Shown here: in pieces, positions 8,410-19,040 of the stretch
How positions within the stretch are numbered: position 1 is the stretch's first letter
How the letters are laid out: each line of letters starts with the position of its first letter
DNA from: an uncultured Clostridia bacterium
Lineage (GTDB): Bacteria; Bacillota; Clostridia; Christensenellales; UBA1242
Reading direction: 5' to 3'
Assembly: GCA_930990515.1 (NCBI GenBank)
Contig: CAKNPS010000001.1
Span: 103,280-167,279, forward strand
Length of the DNA: 64,000 bases
The notes under the pieces: generated by a model
Told to the model about the DNA's origin: nothing
The model's input: the letters and a program-made list of their open reading frames with translations, nothing else
Databases searched by the model: none
Translations under genes and position numbers: made by a program

Positions 8410-9954
8410 ATGTTATCAAAGTTAAAAAGTTTTGGACTTACTGGTATTGATGGTTTTTTAGTGGAAATTGAAACCGATTTAGTGGGTGGAGTTCCACATT
8501 TTGAACTGGTAGGTTTAGGCGATACTGCCGTTAAAGAAGCAAAAGAAAGAGTAAAGTCTGCAATTAAGAATAGTGGTTTTGAATATCCAATCAAACATAC
8601 CACAGTCAATCTTGCACCAGCAGACATTAAAAAGGAAGGGCCTATTTATGATTTAGGGCTAGCAATCGGCATACTTTCTGCAAGCGAGCAAATAAAAAGT
8701 AAGATTTATAAAAATTACATATTTTTAGGGGAATTATCTTTAGACGGAACAATAAAGAAAGTTAAGGGCGTTTTGCCAATGCTTATTAGTGCTAGAAGCC
8801 AAGGATACACGAAATTTATCATTCCTTATGAGAATAGAGAAGAAGCAAGTTATATTTCTAATATGGAAATTTTTGCTTTCAAAACACTTTCTGATGTTGT
8901 ATGTTTTTTAAATGGAAATGACAATTTTCTATATAATTATGTTGTTAAAACAAAGTCTTATGACGAAACTATGTTGTCAAACACAAACAAACTTGATTTT
9001 GAAAATGTTAAAGGTCAAAAAATGGCCAAACGTGCCTTGGAAATTGCCGCTGCTGGTGGTCATAATGTTTTGATGATTGGCCCACCAGGAAGTGGGAAAA
9101 GTATGCTTGCAAAATGTTTTTCTGGAATACTGCCAAATCTCACTTTTGAAGAAGCACTGGAAGTTACAAAAATTCATTCCATTGCTGGAGAATTAGATTT
9201 AAAGAAAGGAATAATCACAGAGCGACCTTTCCGAACTCCACACCACACGGCATCTGTTGTCAGTTTAACAGGTGGCGGAATACATAGTAAGCCTGGAGAA
9301 ATAAGTTTGGCACACAATGGAGTGTTATTCCTTGATGAGTTTCCGGAATATTCAAGACAATTGATTGAAACATTAAGACAACCGCTTGAAGATGGATATA
9401 TCACTGTGGCAAGGGCTAATCAAACCATCACATATCCAGCATCATTCACACTTATTGCAAGTATGAACCCTTGTCCTTGTGGTAATTATGGTTCAAAAGA
9501 TAGGGAATGCACTTGCACACCTAGTCAAATTCATAAATATCTTTCCAAACTTTCTGGACCTATTATGGACAGAATTGACATTCACGTGGAAGTTGACAAT
9601 ATTTCTTATCACGAACTAAGTGAAGAAAATAAGGAAGAACCATCAAGCAAAATTAAAGAAAGAGTGGATAAGGCAAGAGCAATTCAACTTGAAAGGTTCA
9701 AGGGAGAGAAGAATTTTAATAATGCCAAAATGACAGTGCCACAAACAAAGAAATATTGCAAACTTTCAAAGCCTTGTCAAGATCTAATGGAAATTGCATT
9801 TACCAGCCTTAAACTAAGTGCTAGGGCACACGACAGAATTTTAAAAGTGGCAAGAACGATTGCCGATTTGGATGGCTCGGAAGATATACAACCAAATCAC
9901 ATTGCAGAAGCGGTTTCATATCGCGGATTAGATAGAAAATATTGGAGTTTATAG
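8410..9954 (+). CDS. comM: YifB/ComM family Mg-chelatase-like AAA+ ATPase
   Basis: Lon-protease-like N-domain, Walker A GPPGSGKSMLA, GVLFLDEFPE, and a C-terminal ChlI-like region. About 510 aa is typical for the family. Confidence 0.92.
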   Translation: MLSKLKSFGLTGIDGFLVEIETDLVGGVPHFELVGLGDTAVKEAKERVKSAIKNSGFEYPIKHTTVNLAPADIKKEGPIYDLGLAIGILSASEQIKSKIYKNYIFLGELSLDGTIKKVKGVLPMLISARSQGYTKFIIPYENREEASYISNMEIFAFKTLSDVVCFLNGNDNFLYNYVVKTKSYDETMLSNTNKLDFENVKGQKMAKRALEIAAAGGHNVLMIGPPGSGKSMLAKCFSGILPNLTFEEALEVTKIHSIAGELDLKKGIITERPFRTPHHTASVVSLTGGGIHSKPGEISLAHNGVLFLDEFPEYSRQLIETLRQPLEDGYITVARANQTITYPASFTLIASMNPCPCGNYGSKDRECTCTPSQIHKYLSKLSGPIMDRIDIHVEVDNISYHELSEENKEEPSSKIKERVDKARAIQLERFKGEKNFNNAKMTVPQTKKYCKLSKPCQDLMEIAFTSLKLSARAHDRILKVARTIADLDGSEDIQPNHIAEAVSYRGLDRKYWSL

Positions 9955-11027
9955 TGAACAAAAGTAAAAGGTTTATTGTCTTTTTTTCCGCTTTGGAATT
10001 TACAAATAACAAAATGGAAAAGGCACTTGAAATTGTAGAGAAGCATAAAATAGAAACTATAGAAGATTTAATTAATAATTCAGACTTTCTTTCTATGCTT
10101 TCAACGGAAGAATATCATAACCTTGTTAAAAAAAGTGATGAGATATTGAATTTCATTGAAAATATTGAGAATTCTGAAATTGCTATATTAACGCAAGATG
10201 ATGAAGAATATCCGAAAACACTTTTAGGGATTGACGATGCTCCAAAGGTTTTATATGCCAAGGGAGATTTAAGTCTTTTAAATGATAAGGGTTTAGCAAT
10301 CGTGGGGACTCGTATGCCGTCAAATTATGGTGTTTATGTCACAAACAAATTTGCGGAAGACTTAGCAAAGGCGGGCTTTGTCATTATCAGTGGACTTGCC
10401 TATGGTGTTGATTCAATTTCTCACAAAAAAGCCCTTGAAGTTGGTGGAAAAACAATTGCAGTTTTAGGAAGCGGATTTAACCATATCTATCCTGAAGCAC
10501 ACACCAATCTTGCAAATGAAATTGCAGAAAAAGGACTTTTGCTTTCAGAATATTCGCCATTTACAAGACCAACAAAATTTACTTTTCCTAAAAGAAATAG
10601 AATTATTGCAGGACTCTCTCAAGGCATACTAATTACTGAAGCGAGTGCAAGAAGCGGAACAATTCACACAAAGGAATTTGCCTTAGATTATGGCAAAGAT
10701 TTGTTTGCTGTGCCAGGAAATATCAATTCCTTAAAGAGTGAACTTCCAAATTCCTTAATTAAATCAGGGCAAGCGGAGTGTGTGTTAACTTCCAAAGATA
10801 TTTTGGACTATTATGGCATAGATATAAAAAAGGAAAACAAAAAGGTCATTTCGCTTAATTTTGAGGAGCAAATGATACTTGATTTACTTAAAGATGGTGA
10901 GAAAGATTTTGACGAACTTGCAAAAAAATCTAATATTTCTGTAAATATTTTGAATAGTTATTTGACAACTTTGGAAATTCGTGGTTTAATTAAAAGAATG
11001 CCAGCAAAGACATTTATGTTAAATTAA
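9954..11027 (+). CDS. dprA: DNA processing protein DprA (Smf)
   Basis: Rossmann-like DprA core (IVGTRMPSNYG...SGLAYGVDSISHKKAL...GSGFNHIYP...PKRNRIIAGLS) and a C-terminal winged-helix domain. The start is uncertain: GTG 9954 overlaps the comM stop, with TTG 9942 and ATG 10014 as alternatives. Confidence 0.9.
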   Translation: MNKSKRFIVFFSALEFTNNKMEKALEIVEKHKIETIEDLINNSDFLSMLSTEEYHNLVKKSDEILNFIENIENSEIAILTQDDEEYPKTLLGIDDAPKVLYAKGDLSLLNDKGLAIVGTRMPSNYGVYVTNKFAEDLAKAGFVIISGLAYGVDSISHKKALEVGGKTIAVLGSGFNHIYPEAHTNLANEIAEKGLLLSEYSPFTRPTKFTFPKRNRIIAGLSQGILITEASARSGTIHTKEFALDYGKDLFAVPGNINSLKSELPNSLIKSGQAECVLTSKDILDYYGIDIKKENKKVISLNFEEQMILDLLKDGEKDFDELAKKSNISVNILNSYLTTLEIRGLIKRMPAKTFMLN

Positions 11028-11041
11028 AGGAGTAATATAAT

Positions 11042-13111
11042 TTGAAACTTGTTGTTATCGAAGCCCCAGCAAAAAGGGAAACATTAAAAAAATATTTAGG
11101 TCAAGGCTATGAAGTGTTCGCCACAAAAGGACACATTCGTGACTTACCAGTTAAATCTTTTGCGATTGATATGAATAATCACTATGAACCGCATTATGAA
11201 AATAAACCAGATAAAAAAGAACTCATCTTTGAACTTAAAAACAAAGCAAACAAGGCTGAAGAAGTCTTAATCGCAACCGACCCTGATAGGGAAGGGGAAG
11301 CAATTTCTTGGCATATTGCGAATGTTTTGGGACTTGACCCTAACACAAAATGCCGAATTGAATTTAACGAAATTTCAAAAAATGCCGTTTTAAAAGCACT
11401 TAAAAATCCAAGAGCAATTGACCTTAACCTTGTCAATGCTCAACAAGCAAGGCGAGTTATGGACAGAATTGTGGGCTATAAACTTTCGCCAATCATATCA
11501 AAAAAAGTTGCTCCAAAACTTTCAGCAGGGAGAGTGCAATCAGTTGCCTTAAAACTTGTTGTTGATAGAGAAAAGGAAATTGAGAATTTCGTTCCAGAAG
11601 AATATTGGACCGTGACAGCCTTTCACGAAAAGGATAAAATTTCCTTTAAATCCACATTGCAATCCTATAAAAACAAAAAGATTAAAATTGCAAACAAAGA
11701 CGAAGTAAACAAAGTTTTAGGTGAAATTAAAGGACAAGATTTTGTTGTTTCTTCCATCAAAAAGTCAAAAACAAAATCTCACGCACCAGCACCTTTCACC
11801 ACCAGCACAATGCAACAAGATGCACTCAATAAAGCAGGTATGAGTTTGAAAAGAACAACAGAGTCTGCTCAGCAACTTTATGAAGGTGTGGAAATAAAAG
11901 GCGAAGGAAAAATCGCTCTTATCACATACATTAGAACGGACAGCACCAGAGTTTCAGAAGATGCTCAAAAGGCTTGTCGAGAATTTATTAAAGAGAAATA
12001 TGGCGAAAAATTCTTGCCAGCAAAACCAAACATCTATGCCACAAAGAAAAATGCTCAAGATGCTCACGAGGCAATCCGTCCAATTTCTATGCAGATAACA
12101 CCTGAAATGGTGCAAGACAGTTTGTCAAAAGATAATTATAAACTTTATAAACTCATTTATGAACGCTTTTTGGCAAGCCAAATGAATGAAGCGGAATATT
12201 CAAATGTGACTGCAACGATTGATGTAAATAATTACAATTTTAAGGCAACTGGTAAAACTTTGGAATTTGCCGGCTACACTGCAGTTTATAAAGAATTTGT
12301 TGATGAAGATAAAGAACAAAAACAAGAAATTTCCAAACTACCAGTTTTAAATGAAGGCGAAAAGGTAGAAGTAAAAGATATTAAGGAAGAACAAAAATTC
12401 ACAAAACCGCCAGTTCGCTACACTGAAGCAAGTTTGGTTAAGGCAATGGAAGAAAAGGGGATTGGTCGTCCTGCAACTTATGCCGCAACAATTACCATTT
12501 TGACTGCAAGAAATTATTGCGGAAAGGAAGGTAAATATCTTGTTCCAACTGATTTAGGAAAACGCATAACAGAATATCTTGAAAAATTCTTCAGTGGCGT
12601 TATCAATGTTAAATTTACAGCACATATGGAGAACCGACTTGATGACATTGCAGAAGACAAAGACGATTGGCACGATGTTGTTGACAGTTTTTGGAATGGT
12701 TTTAAAGGACTTTTGGAAAAAGCTGATGCTTCCGCTGTCACAATGAAATCTGAACCTATTGAAACAGATATTATTTGTGAAAAATGTGGTCATAAAATGC
12801 TTTTAAGAGATGGAAAATATGGCAAATTTTTAGGCTGTTCAAACTTTCCAAAATGCAGAAATATAAAACCATATAACACAGAAAATGAAAGAAAACCAGT
12901 TGGTATTTGTCCAAAATGTGGTAAAAATGTTTTTGCTTTTAAATCGAAAAGGGGAAAGACTTTCTATGCCTGCGAAGATAGAAATGGTTGCAATTTTATG
13001 AGTTGGGACATTCCAACAGGCGAGAAATGTCCAAAGTGTGATGCATATCTTATTAGAAAAGGCAAAAAAATCAAATGTTCATCGTGTGATTATGTTAAAG
13101 AAGGGCAATAA
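11042..13111 (+). CDS. topA: DNA topoisomerase I
   Basis: Toprim N-terminus (VVIEAPAKRETLKKYLG...DPDREGE), the topo IA core, and three C-terminal C4 zinc ribbons (CEKCGH, CPKCGK, CPKCDA). TTG start 9 nt after AGGAG. Confidence 0.96.
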   Translation: MKLVVIEAPAKRETLKKYLGQGYEVFATKGHIRDLPVKSFAIDMNNHYEPHYENKPDKKELIFELKNKANKAEEVLIATDPDREGEAISWHIANVLGLDPNTKCRIEFNEISKNAVLKALKNPRAIDLNLVNAQQARRVMDRIVGYKLSPIISKKVAPKLSAGRVQSVALKLVVDREKEIENFVPEEYWTVTAFHEKDKISFKSTLQSYKNKKIKIANKDEVNKVLGEIKGQDFVVSSIKKSKTKSHAPAPFTTSTMQQDALNKAGMSLKRTTESAQQLYEGVEIKGEGKIALITYIRTDSTRVSEDAQKACREFIKEKYGEKFLPAKPNIYATKKNAQDAHEAIRPISMQITPEMVQDSLSKDNYKLYKLIYERFLASQMNEAEYSNVTATIDVNNYNFKATGKTLEFAGYTAVYKEFVDEDKEQKQEISKLPVLNEGEKVEVKDIKEEQKFTKPPVRYTEASLVKAMEEKGIGRPATYAATITILTARNYCGKEGKYLVPTDLGKRITEYLEKFFSGVINVKFTAHMENRLDDIAEDKDDWHDVVDSFWNGFKGLLEKADASAVTMKSEPIETDIICEKCGHKMLLRDGKYGKFLGCSNFPKCRNIKPYNTENERKPVGICPKCGKNVFAFKSKRGKTFYACEDRNGCNFMSWDIPTGEKCPKCDAYLIRKGKKIKCSSCDYVKEGQ

Positions 13112-13169
13112 TTTTATTGCTTCTTTTTTATATATTTATATAATTTTATAAATAGACATAAATTTTAAT

Positions 13170-13197
13170 TTGCTTTTCGTTTATTTTATGATATAAT
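13170..13197 (+). promoter_or_regulatory. sigma-A-type promoter upstream of hslU
   Basis: TTGCTT (13170-13175), 16 nt spacer, TGa-TATAAT (13192-13197). Confidence 0.45.
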
Positions 13198-13297
13198 AAA
13201 AAAGAGCAGTTTGGCTCTATATGAAATTATTCGATTGAATACAAGAAAATAAAGTTTGGTTATCCAAATTTAATTTAAAATAGATAAGGAGTTATAT

Positions 13298-14602
13298 ATG
13301 AATTACACACCAAAACAAATTGTTAATGAACTTGATAAATATATTGTTGGACAAGCAAAAGCAAAAAGAGCGGTGGCTGTTGCACTTAGAAATAGATATC
13401 GTCGTTCTCACTTGCCAATTGATATAAGAGATGAAATTACACCAAAGAACATCATTATGCGTGGACCTACTGGGGTTGGTAAAACAGAAATTGCAAGGCG
13501 TCTTGCCAAACTTGTTGGAGCACCTTTTGTGAAAGTGGAAGCCACAAAATATACCGAAGTTGGCTATGTTGGTCGAGATGTTGAAAGTATGGTTCGCGAC
13601 CTTGTGGAAGTTGCAGTTCGTATGGTTAAGGACAGAAAGAAGAAAGAAGTGGAAAACAAAGTTATGCCAATTGTGGAAGCAAAACTTATTGATGCTCTTT
13701 TCCAAAACCGCAGAGTAACAACCGTTGAAGTAAAACGCGAGGACATTTTAGACGAACTTAAAAGCGGAAAATGTGAAGATGAGATTGTGGAAGTGAATGT
13801 TCTTGATAATCCAAAACCAATTATGGCTTTTGGCGGAAATGAAATTAATTTAGGTTCAATGTTTGATAGCCTTCAACCACCAAGACATAAAAAGAAGAAA
13901 ATGAGTGTTCGCCACGCGAGAGATTTACTTCTTCAAGAAGAAACAGAAAAAGTTATTGATATGGACAATGTCAACGAAGAAGCAATTTCACTTGCCGAAG
14001 AACAAGGAATTATCTTTATTGATGAAATTGATAAAATCATTGGTAAAAGTCAGGCGACAAACACTGCTGATGTGTCAAGAGAAGGTGTGCAAAGGGATAT
14101 TCTTCCAATTGTGGAAGGAAGTACTGTGCCAACCAAATACGGCAATGTGAAAACCGATTTCATTCTTTTCATTGCAGCAGGGGCTTTCCATGTTGCTAAA
14201 ATGGAAGATATGATTCCTGAACTTCAAGGTCGTTTTCCAATTAGAGTGGAACTTGAAAGTTTAACTCAACAAGATTTTAAGAAAATTTTGACTGCACCAA
14301 AAAATGCTGTTACTGTGCAATATGCAAATCTTCTTAAGGTAGATAACATTGACCTTAAGTTTACAGATGACGCTCTTGACGAAATCGCTACTATTGCAGC
14401 AAATGAAAACGAAGTGGAAGATTTGGGGGCAAGACGACTTCACACAATTTTAGAATTATTACTTGAAGACATTTCTTTCAACGCCACTGGAGAACACCCA
14501 ATGACCACAGTGGAAATTGATAGAGCCTATGTTCAAAAGGCATATAAAGAGAAAAGTAAACGCTCAACAGCCAAAATTAAAATGGGCTTTCAGGCAAATT
14601 GA
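13298..14602 (+). CDS. hslU: ATP-dependent protease ATPase subunit HslU
   Basis: [16 protein letters not shown], Walker [16 protein letters not shown], an inserted I-domain, [10 protein letters not shown] and the sensor region. Confidence 0.95.
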   Translation: MNYTPKQIVNELDKYIVGQAKAKRAVAVALRNRYRRSHLPIDIRDEITPKNIIMRGPTGVGKTEIARRLAKLVGAPFVKVEATKYTEVGYVGRDVESMVRDLVEVAVRMVKDRKKKEVENKVMPIVEAKLIDALFQNRRVTTVEVKREDILDELKSGKCEDEIVEVNVLDNPKPIMAFGGNEINLGSMFDSLQPPRHKKKKMSVRHARDLLLQEETEKVIDMDNVNEEAISLAEEQGIIFIDEIDKIIGKSQATNTADVSREGVQRDILPIVEGSTVPTKYGNVKTDFILFIAAGAFHVAKMEDMIPELQGRFPIRVELESLTQQDFKKILTAPKNAVTVQYANLLKVDNIDLKFTDDALDEIATIAANENEVEDLGARRLHTILELLLEDISFNATGEHPMTTVEIDRAYVQKAYKEKSKRSTAKIKMGFQAN

Positions 14603-14686
14603 GTAGTTTAATTTAAGTTTTGTTTAGTTAATAATTAGTTTATATTTAGTCTATTATTAAACATTAAAATTTACAACGAGGAAAGT

Positions 14687-15370
14687 ATGTGGACTTTAAG
14701 AACAGAAATGTTAATTGGAAAAGAAAATTGTGAGAAATTAAAAAATTCACATATCACTATTGTAGGGCTAGGCGGAGTTGGTGGCTATGCAGTAGTTATG
14801 CTTGCCCGTGCTGGTGTTAATAATTTCACTTTAATCGACTTTGATAAGGTGGAAGAAACAAATATAAATCGCCAAATTGTTGCCACAACAAAGACAATAG
14901 GAAAATTTAAAACAGAAGTTTTGAAAGAAATACTATTAGAAATAAATCCAAATTGTCAAATACAAATTTATACAACTCGTTTAACTGAAGATAACATAAC
15001 TTCATTAATATCAAAAGACACTGATTACTGCATTGATTGCATTGACAGTGTGAAAGATAAGGTTTCACTATGTTCATATTGTTATTTTAACGAAATTCCA
15101 ATTATTTCTGCTATGGGGGCAGGGAACAGAATTGATATTCCAGAATTTAAAGTTATAGACTTATACAAAACAGCAAATGATGGGCTTGCAAAAGTGATGC
15201 GAAAAAAACTTAAAGAGAAAGGCGTAAAAAATCTTGAAGTTGTTGCTCCAGCAAGTCCAGCATTAAAAAATATTGATGGGGTTGGTAGTATTTCATATTA
15301 CCCAGCAATGTGTGGTTGCGTTTTGTCAGCACAAGTTTTAAATAAACTTTTAAAAAAGGAAAATTTGTAG
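14687..15370 (+). CDS. tcdA: ThiF/HesA-family E1-like enzyme, TcdA-type tRNA t6A dehydratase
   Basis: GLGGVGGYAVVMLARAGV...LIDFDKVEETNINRQ nucleotide-binding motif. The size (227 aa) and absence of MoeB/ThiF partners fit TcdA/CsdL. Confidence 0.75.
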   Translation: MWTLRTEMLIGKENCEKLKNSHITIVGLGGVGGYAVVMLARAGVNNFTLIDFDKVEETNINRQIVATTKTIGKFKTEVLKEILLEINPNCQIQIYTTRLTEDNITSLISKDTDYCIDCIDSVKDKVSLCSYCYFNEIPIISAMGAGNRIDIPEFKVIDLYKTANDGLAKVMRKKLKEKGVKNLEVVAPASPALKNIDGVGSISYYPAMCGCVLSAQVLNKLLKKENL

Positions 15371-15393
15371 AAAATAAATAAAAGGAGTTTATT

Positions 15394-15705
15394 ATGGAAA
15401 TTTTAACAGAAAAGAATTTCAAAAAGAAAATAGAAAAGGGATTTGTCATTGTTGACTTCTTTGCAAATTGGTGTGGACCTTGCAGAATGATGGCTCCAAT
15501 TCTTGAAGATGTTCAAAAAGAAATGGGAGATAGAGTTCAAATTTATAAAGTTGATGTTGATGATAGCGAAAATTTATCAAGGCAATTTGGAATTATGAGC
15601 ATACCAACAATCATTTTCTTTAAAGATGGCGAACTTGTAAATAAACATATAGGGCTTTGGATGAAAGACTCTATGATAGAAGAAATAAACGAAAATCTAA
15701 AGTAA
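15394..15705 (+). CDS. trxA: thioredoxin
   Basis: WCGPC active site, 103 aa. Confidence 0.95.
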   Translation: MEILTEKNFKKKIEKGFVIVDFFANWCGPCRMMAPILEDVQKEMGDRVQIYKVDVDDSENLSRQFGIMSIPTIIFFKDGELVNKHIGLWMKDSMIEEINENLK

Positions 15706-15752
15706 AAATTACCATTTACAAACAAAATTTGAAGGTTTTAAAAAGAAAGGTA

Positions 15753-15781
15753 TTGACTTTTTGCCTTATTAATGATAAAAT
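15753..15781 (+). promoter_or_regulatory. sigma-A-type promoter upstream of nifS-nifU
   Basis: TTGACT (15753-15758), 17 nt spacer, TGa-TAAAAT (15776-15781). Confidence 0.55.
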
Positions 15782-15853
15782 TTAATTAAGATTAAAATTC
15801 TTGAAATACATTAATTTTTTAAAGAGTGGCATAGCCACACAAAAGAGGGGAAA

Positions 15854-17026
15854 ATGGAAAGAAAAGTTTATTTAGATAATGCCTCAACAACTTATGTTTC
15901 ATCTGAAGTTTTAAATGAAATGATTCCTTGTTTTAATGCTATTTATGGAAATGCTGGTTCTCTTCATAAATTTGGTAGAGATGCTGTTGCCATTGTTGAT
16001 AAAGCAAGAGATAGAGTTAAGGAAGGTGTAAATGCTCAAAAATCTACTGAAATTTATTTTACAAGTGGTGGAACAGAAGCAAACAATATGGCAATTTTAG
16101 GTGTTGCACATGCTTATGCAAATAAAGGGAAACACATAATAACAAGCCAAATTGAACATCATTCCATTTTAAATGCCTGCAAGGAACTTGAAAGAGAAGG
16201 ATATGAAGTTACATATTTGCCTGTTGATAAGACTGGTTTGGTAAGCCTTCCAGATTTGTTACACGCAATCAGAAAAGATACAACTTTAATTTCAATTATG
16301 TCTGTTAATAATGAAGTTGGAACAATTCAAAACATCAAGTCTATTGCTAAAATTGCACACGATTATGACATTATTTTTCATACTGACGCAGTTCAAGCAG
16401 TTGGACAAATCAAAATTGATGTTCAAGATATGGAAATCGACCTTTTGTCGCTTTCTGGTCATAAAATTCATGGACCAAAAGGTGTTGGGGCATTATATGT
16501 TAGAAATGGCATTAAAATAGAACCTATCACATTTGGCGGAAACCAAGAAAGAGGAAAACGCTCAGGAACAGAAAATGTTCCGGGAATTGCTGGACTTGGC
16601 AAAGCAGTTGAAAATGCAACTAAAAACTATCTTATAACAAATAAAAAATTAAAAACAATTAGAGATTATTTCTTAGATAAACTTGCTGAAAATGTTGAAT
16701 ATTATCAGATAAACGGGCATTTACAACAAAAATCTAACGAAATTTTGAATATTTCTTTCTACGGAATTGAAGGGGAATCTCTTTTGATGCTTTTAGATTT
16801 AGCAGGGATTTGTGTGTCAACTGGCTCTGCCTGCACATCAAAAGTTGCTGAACCATCACATGTTTTAAAAGCAATGAAAATTCCTGATGATATAATTCAA
16901 TCTTCTGTAAGATTTTCTTTCGGAACGAATATCAGTAAAGCCGATATTGATTATGTAATAGCAGAACTTAGTAAAGCCGTTGCAAAACTTAGAGCAATTT
17001 CACCAATTCAAGCAGGGAGGATATAA
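15854..17026 (+). CDS. nifS: cysteine desulfurase (NifS/IscS type)
   Basis: Class-V aminotransferase fold, PLP-lysine motif SGHKIHGPKGVGALYVR and active-site Cys loop STGSACTS. Confidence 0.93.
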   Translation: MERKVYLDNASTTYVSSEVLNEMIPCFNAIYGNAGSLHKFGRDAVAIVDKARDRVKEGVNAQKSTEIYFTSGGTEANNMAILGVAHAYANKGKHIITSQIEHHSILNACKELEREGYEVTYLPVDKTGLVSLPDLLHAIRKDTTLISIMSVNNEVGTIQNIKSIAKIAHDYDIIFHTDAVQAVGQIKIDVQDMEIDLLSLSGHKIHGPKGVGALYVRNGIKIEPITFGGNQERGKRSGTENVPGIAGLGKAVENATKNYLITNKKLKTIRDYFLDKLAENVEYYQINGHLQQKSNEILNISFYGIEGESLLMLLDLAGICVSTGSACTSKVAEPSHVLKAMKIPDDIIQSSVRFSFGTNISKADIDYVIAELSKAVAKLRAISPIQAGRI

Positions 17027-17028
17027 TT

Positions 17029-17445
17029 ATGATGTATAGTAGAACTGTAATGGAAAGATTTCAAAATCCTAAAAATGCTGGCGGAATGCATGGTGCAAAT
17101 GCTATTGGCGAAGTTGTGAAAGATGGTTGTGTAGATTTAACAAGATTATATCTCAAAATTGACGACAATGGCTATATTGAAAATGCAAGATTTAAAACAT
17201 TTGGTTGCTGTGCTTCAATTGCTTCTGCAGATTTGACTTGTGATTTAGTTAAAGGCAAAACTATTGATGAAGCATTAAGAGTGTCAAATCAAGATATTTT
17301 AAAGATATTAGGGGATATGCCTGAAAATAAAATTAATTGTTCAATAATTGCAGAAGAAACAATCCATGCTGCTGTCGAAGATTATTATAAGCGTAGAGAA
17401 AAAGAAGCAAAAAAAGCACTTAAAAATGCAAAATTGATGGATTAA
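17029..17445 (+). CDS. nifU: Fe-S cluster assembly scaffold (NifU N-terminal/IscU-like)
   Basis: The conserved Cys residues are present (GCVD, FGCCASIAS, INCSI), it is 138 aa, and it lies immediately downstream of nifS. Confidence 0.9.
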   Translation: MMYSRTVMERFQNPKNAGGMHGANAIGEVVKDGCVDLTRLYLKIDDNGYIENARFKTFGCCASIASADLTCDLVKGKTIDEALRVSNQDILKILGDMPENKINCSIIAEETIHAAVEDYYKRREKEAKKALKNAKLMD

Positions 17446-17470
17446 AATTTAAATATTTTACGAATAGATA

Positions 17471-17504
17471 GAACACTACTTTTGAATGTAGTGTTTTTTA
17501 TTTT
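17471..17504 (+). terminator. rho-independent terminator after nifU
   Basis: GAACACTAC-ttttgaat-GTAGTGTT followed by TTTTATTTT. Confidence 0.8.
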
Positions 17505-17829
17505 AAGGTGAGTTTTTATTATACTTTACTCAAGATTACAACATTAGCAAAATAAATATTAGCATTATTTCTGACTTGTAACCATTTAAAATAAATTTAG
17601 AGAGATAATCGCATCAAATTTATATTGTAAGAGAAATCACTTAATATAATTTCACATAATACTTTTAAAGCAAATTTAATATAAAATGATTAGTTGTATT
17701 TAACAAAATAAAATCTTATAAAATTTGAGATATAAATTTGGCAACATAATCTATGCAAAATTTTATTTAGTTTTAAGATAAAATATAAGAAAGAATTAAC
17801 CAAATACATTATAAAATCAAATAAAAAAA

Positions 17830-17856
17830 GTATTATGCAAAAATAATGCATAATAC
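17830..17856. repeat. palindromic repeat family, copy C (split core)
   Basis: GTATTATGCA-aaaataa-TGCATAATAC with perfect 10-bp arms, followed by CACAATATTTTG. Confidence 0.7.
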
Positions 17857-18218
17857 CACAATATTTTGATAAATTTTACTGCATATCACACTATATATTG
17901 ATTATTTATTCGCAAAACCTGTCTTTTGCGAATAGATATGTGTATACTTTTTTTATAAATCGCCCTAAAATTTTGTTATACAAATGGTTATCATTTAAGA
18001 TGTTTTTATATCAAAAATTGCATACAGGGTCTTTCTATTTCAAATTTATATTCATAAAATTTTAAATTTTTATCTTATACAAAACTTTCGTTTTTCCGCG
18101 TTTTTATATGCCAAATTTCACTTTTAAAGTTCATATAAATTCAAACTAGTTTATAATCTATTTCCTGCCCCAAATTTTAGCAGAATAAATTAATAACCTC
18201 CCCCAAAAATCTAAAGCA

Positions 18219-19019
18219 TCATTTTTTATTATTTTCATTTGTTAAGCCAAGATAATCGTCTAGTTCTTTGGAAAAAGAATAATATCTAGTAAATTCTTCA
18301 TTATCAAAATTATAATAATTTGCTCCTACTTCTTTTGCTAATAAGTCTCCCGGCATATAATCCCATTTTGTATTTGCTGGTTCCACAAGAAAATCTGTCA
18401 CCCCTTTTGCCAAAAGTGCATATTGCACTCCAGAACAATCAATTGTCAAAAATTTAGGAGCAAAGAAATCTTCTTTAGCGTCATTATATAATTTTTCATA
18501 TTTTTCTTTAATTTCTAAAGGCCAATTATAAGGAATGTTATTGAAATTGACATTACATTTTTTCATAGGTGTATTGCACATACGATGTATCTTTTGCCCA
18601 TTTAAATAAGCTCCATGACCTTTAATTGCCACATAAATTTCGTTTAGCATAGGAAGAAAAATGATAGAAAATTGTGTTTCGTTTTTATCATAAAAGGCAA
18701 TTTGCATATCATAAAAAGCAGAATTTCTTATGAATAATGATGTCCCATCAATTGGATCAATAATCCAAGTCCTATTTCCCAATTTTGTTTTGTTATTGGT
18801 TTCTTCAGTTAAAAAGTTATCATTTTTAAATTTATTTTTCAAATTTTGAATTAAGAATTTTTCAGTATTTATGTCAAGATTTGTAACAACTGTTTTATCT
18901 ACTTTTATGCTAACATCTCGCTTTTTATTGTAAATACATTTCTTATAAGCTTTTTGAATTAAAGATTTAACAAAATTTAACTCTTTATAGTACCTATATT
19001 TTTTATCTACTTCTTTCAT
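18219..19019 (-). CDS. inositol monophosphatase / FBPase-family phosphatase
   Basis: Metal-binding motif WIIDPIDGT plus an upstream EE..T segment (LTEETN); 266 aa. Confidence 0.75.
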   Translation of the reverse strand: MKEVDKKYRYYKELNFVKSLIQKAYKKCIYNKKRDVSIKVDKTVVTNLDINTEKFLIQNLKNKFKNDNFLTEETNNKTKLGNRTWIIDPIDGTSLFIRNSAFYDMQIAFYDKNETQFSIIFLPMLNEIYVAIKGHGAYLNGQKIHRMCNTPMKKCNVNFNNIPYNWPLEIKEKYEKLYNDAKEDFFAPKFLTIDCSGVQYALLAKGVTDFLVEPANTKWDYMPGDLLAKEVGANYYNFDNEEFTRYYSFSKELDDYLGLTNENNKK

Positions 19020-19040
19020 TTTATCCCCATTAAAATTTAA

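Noticed and set aside
13292-13705. 137-aa minus-strand ORF
   Set aside because: It is antisense to the well-supported 5' part of hslU and has no RBS. Its Cys/Phe/Asn-rich composition is typical of a shadow ORF.
17880-17912. Possible dif (XerCD) site in the long non-coding gap
   Set aside because: Only a TATATATT core resembles Firmicutes dif. The flanking XerC and XerD arms (…TTATGTAAACT) are not present.
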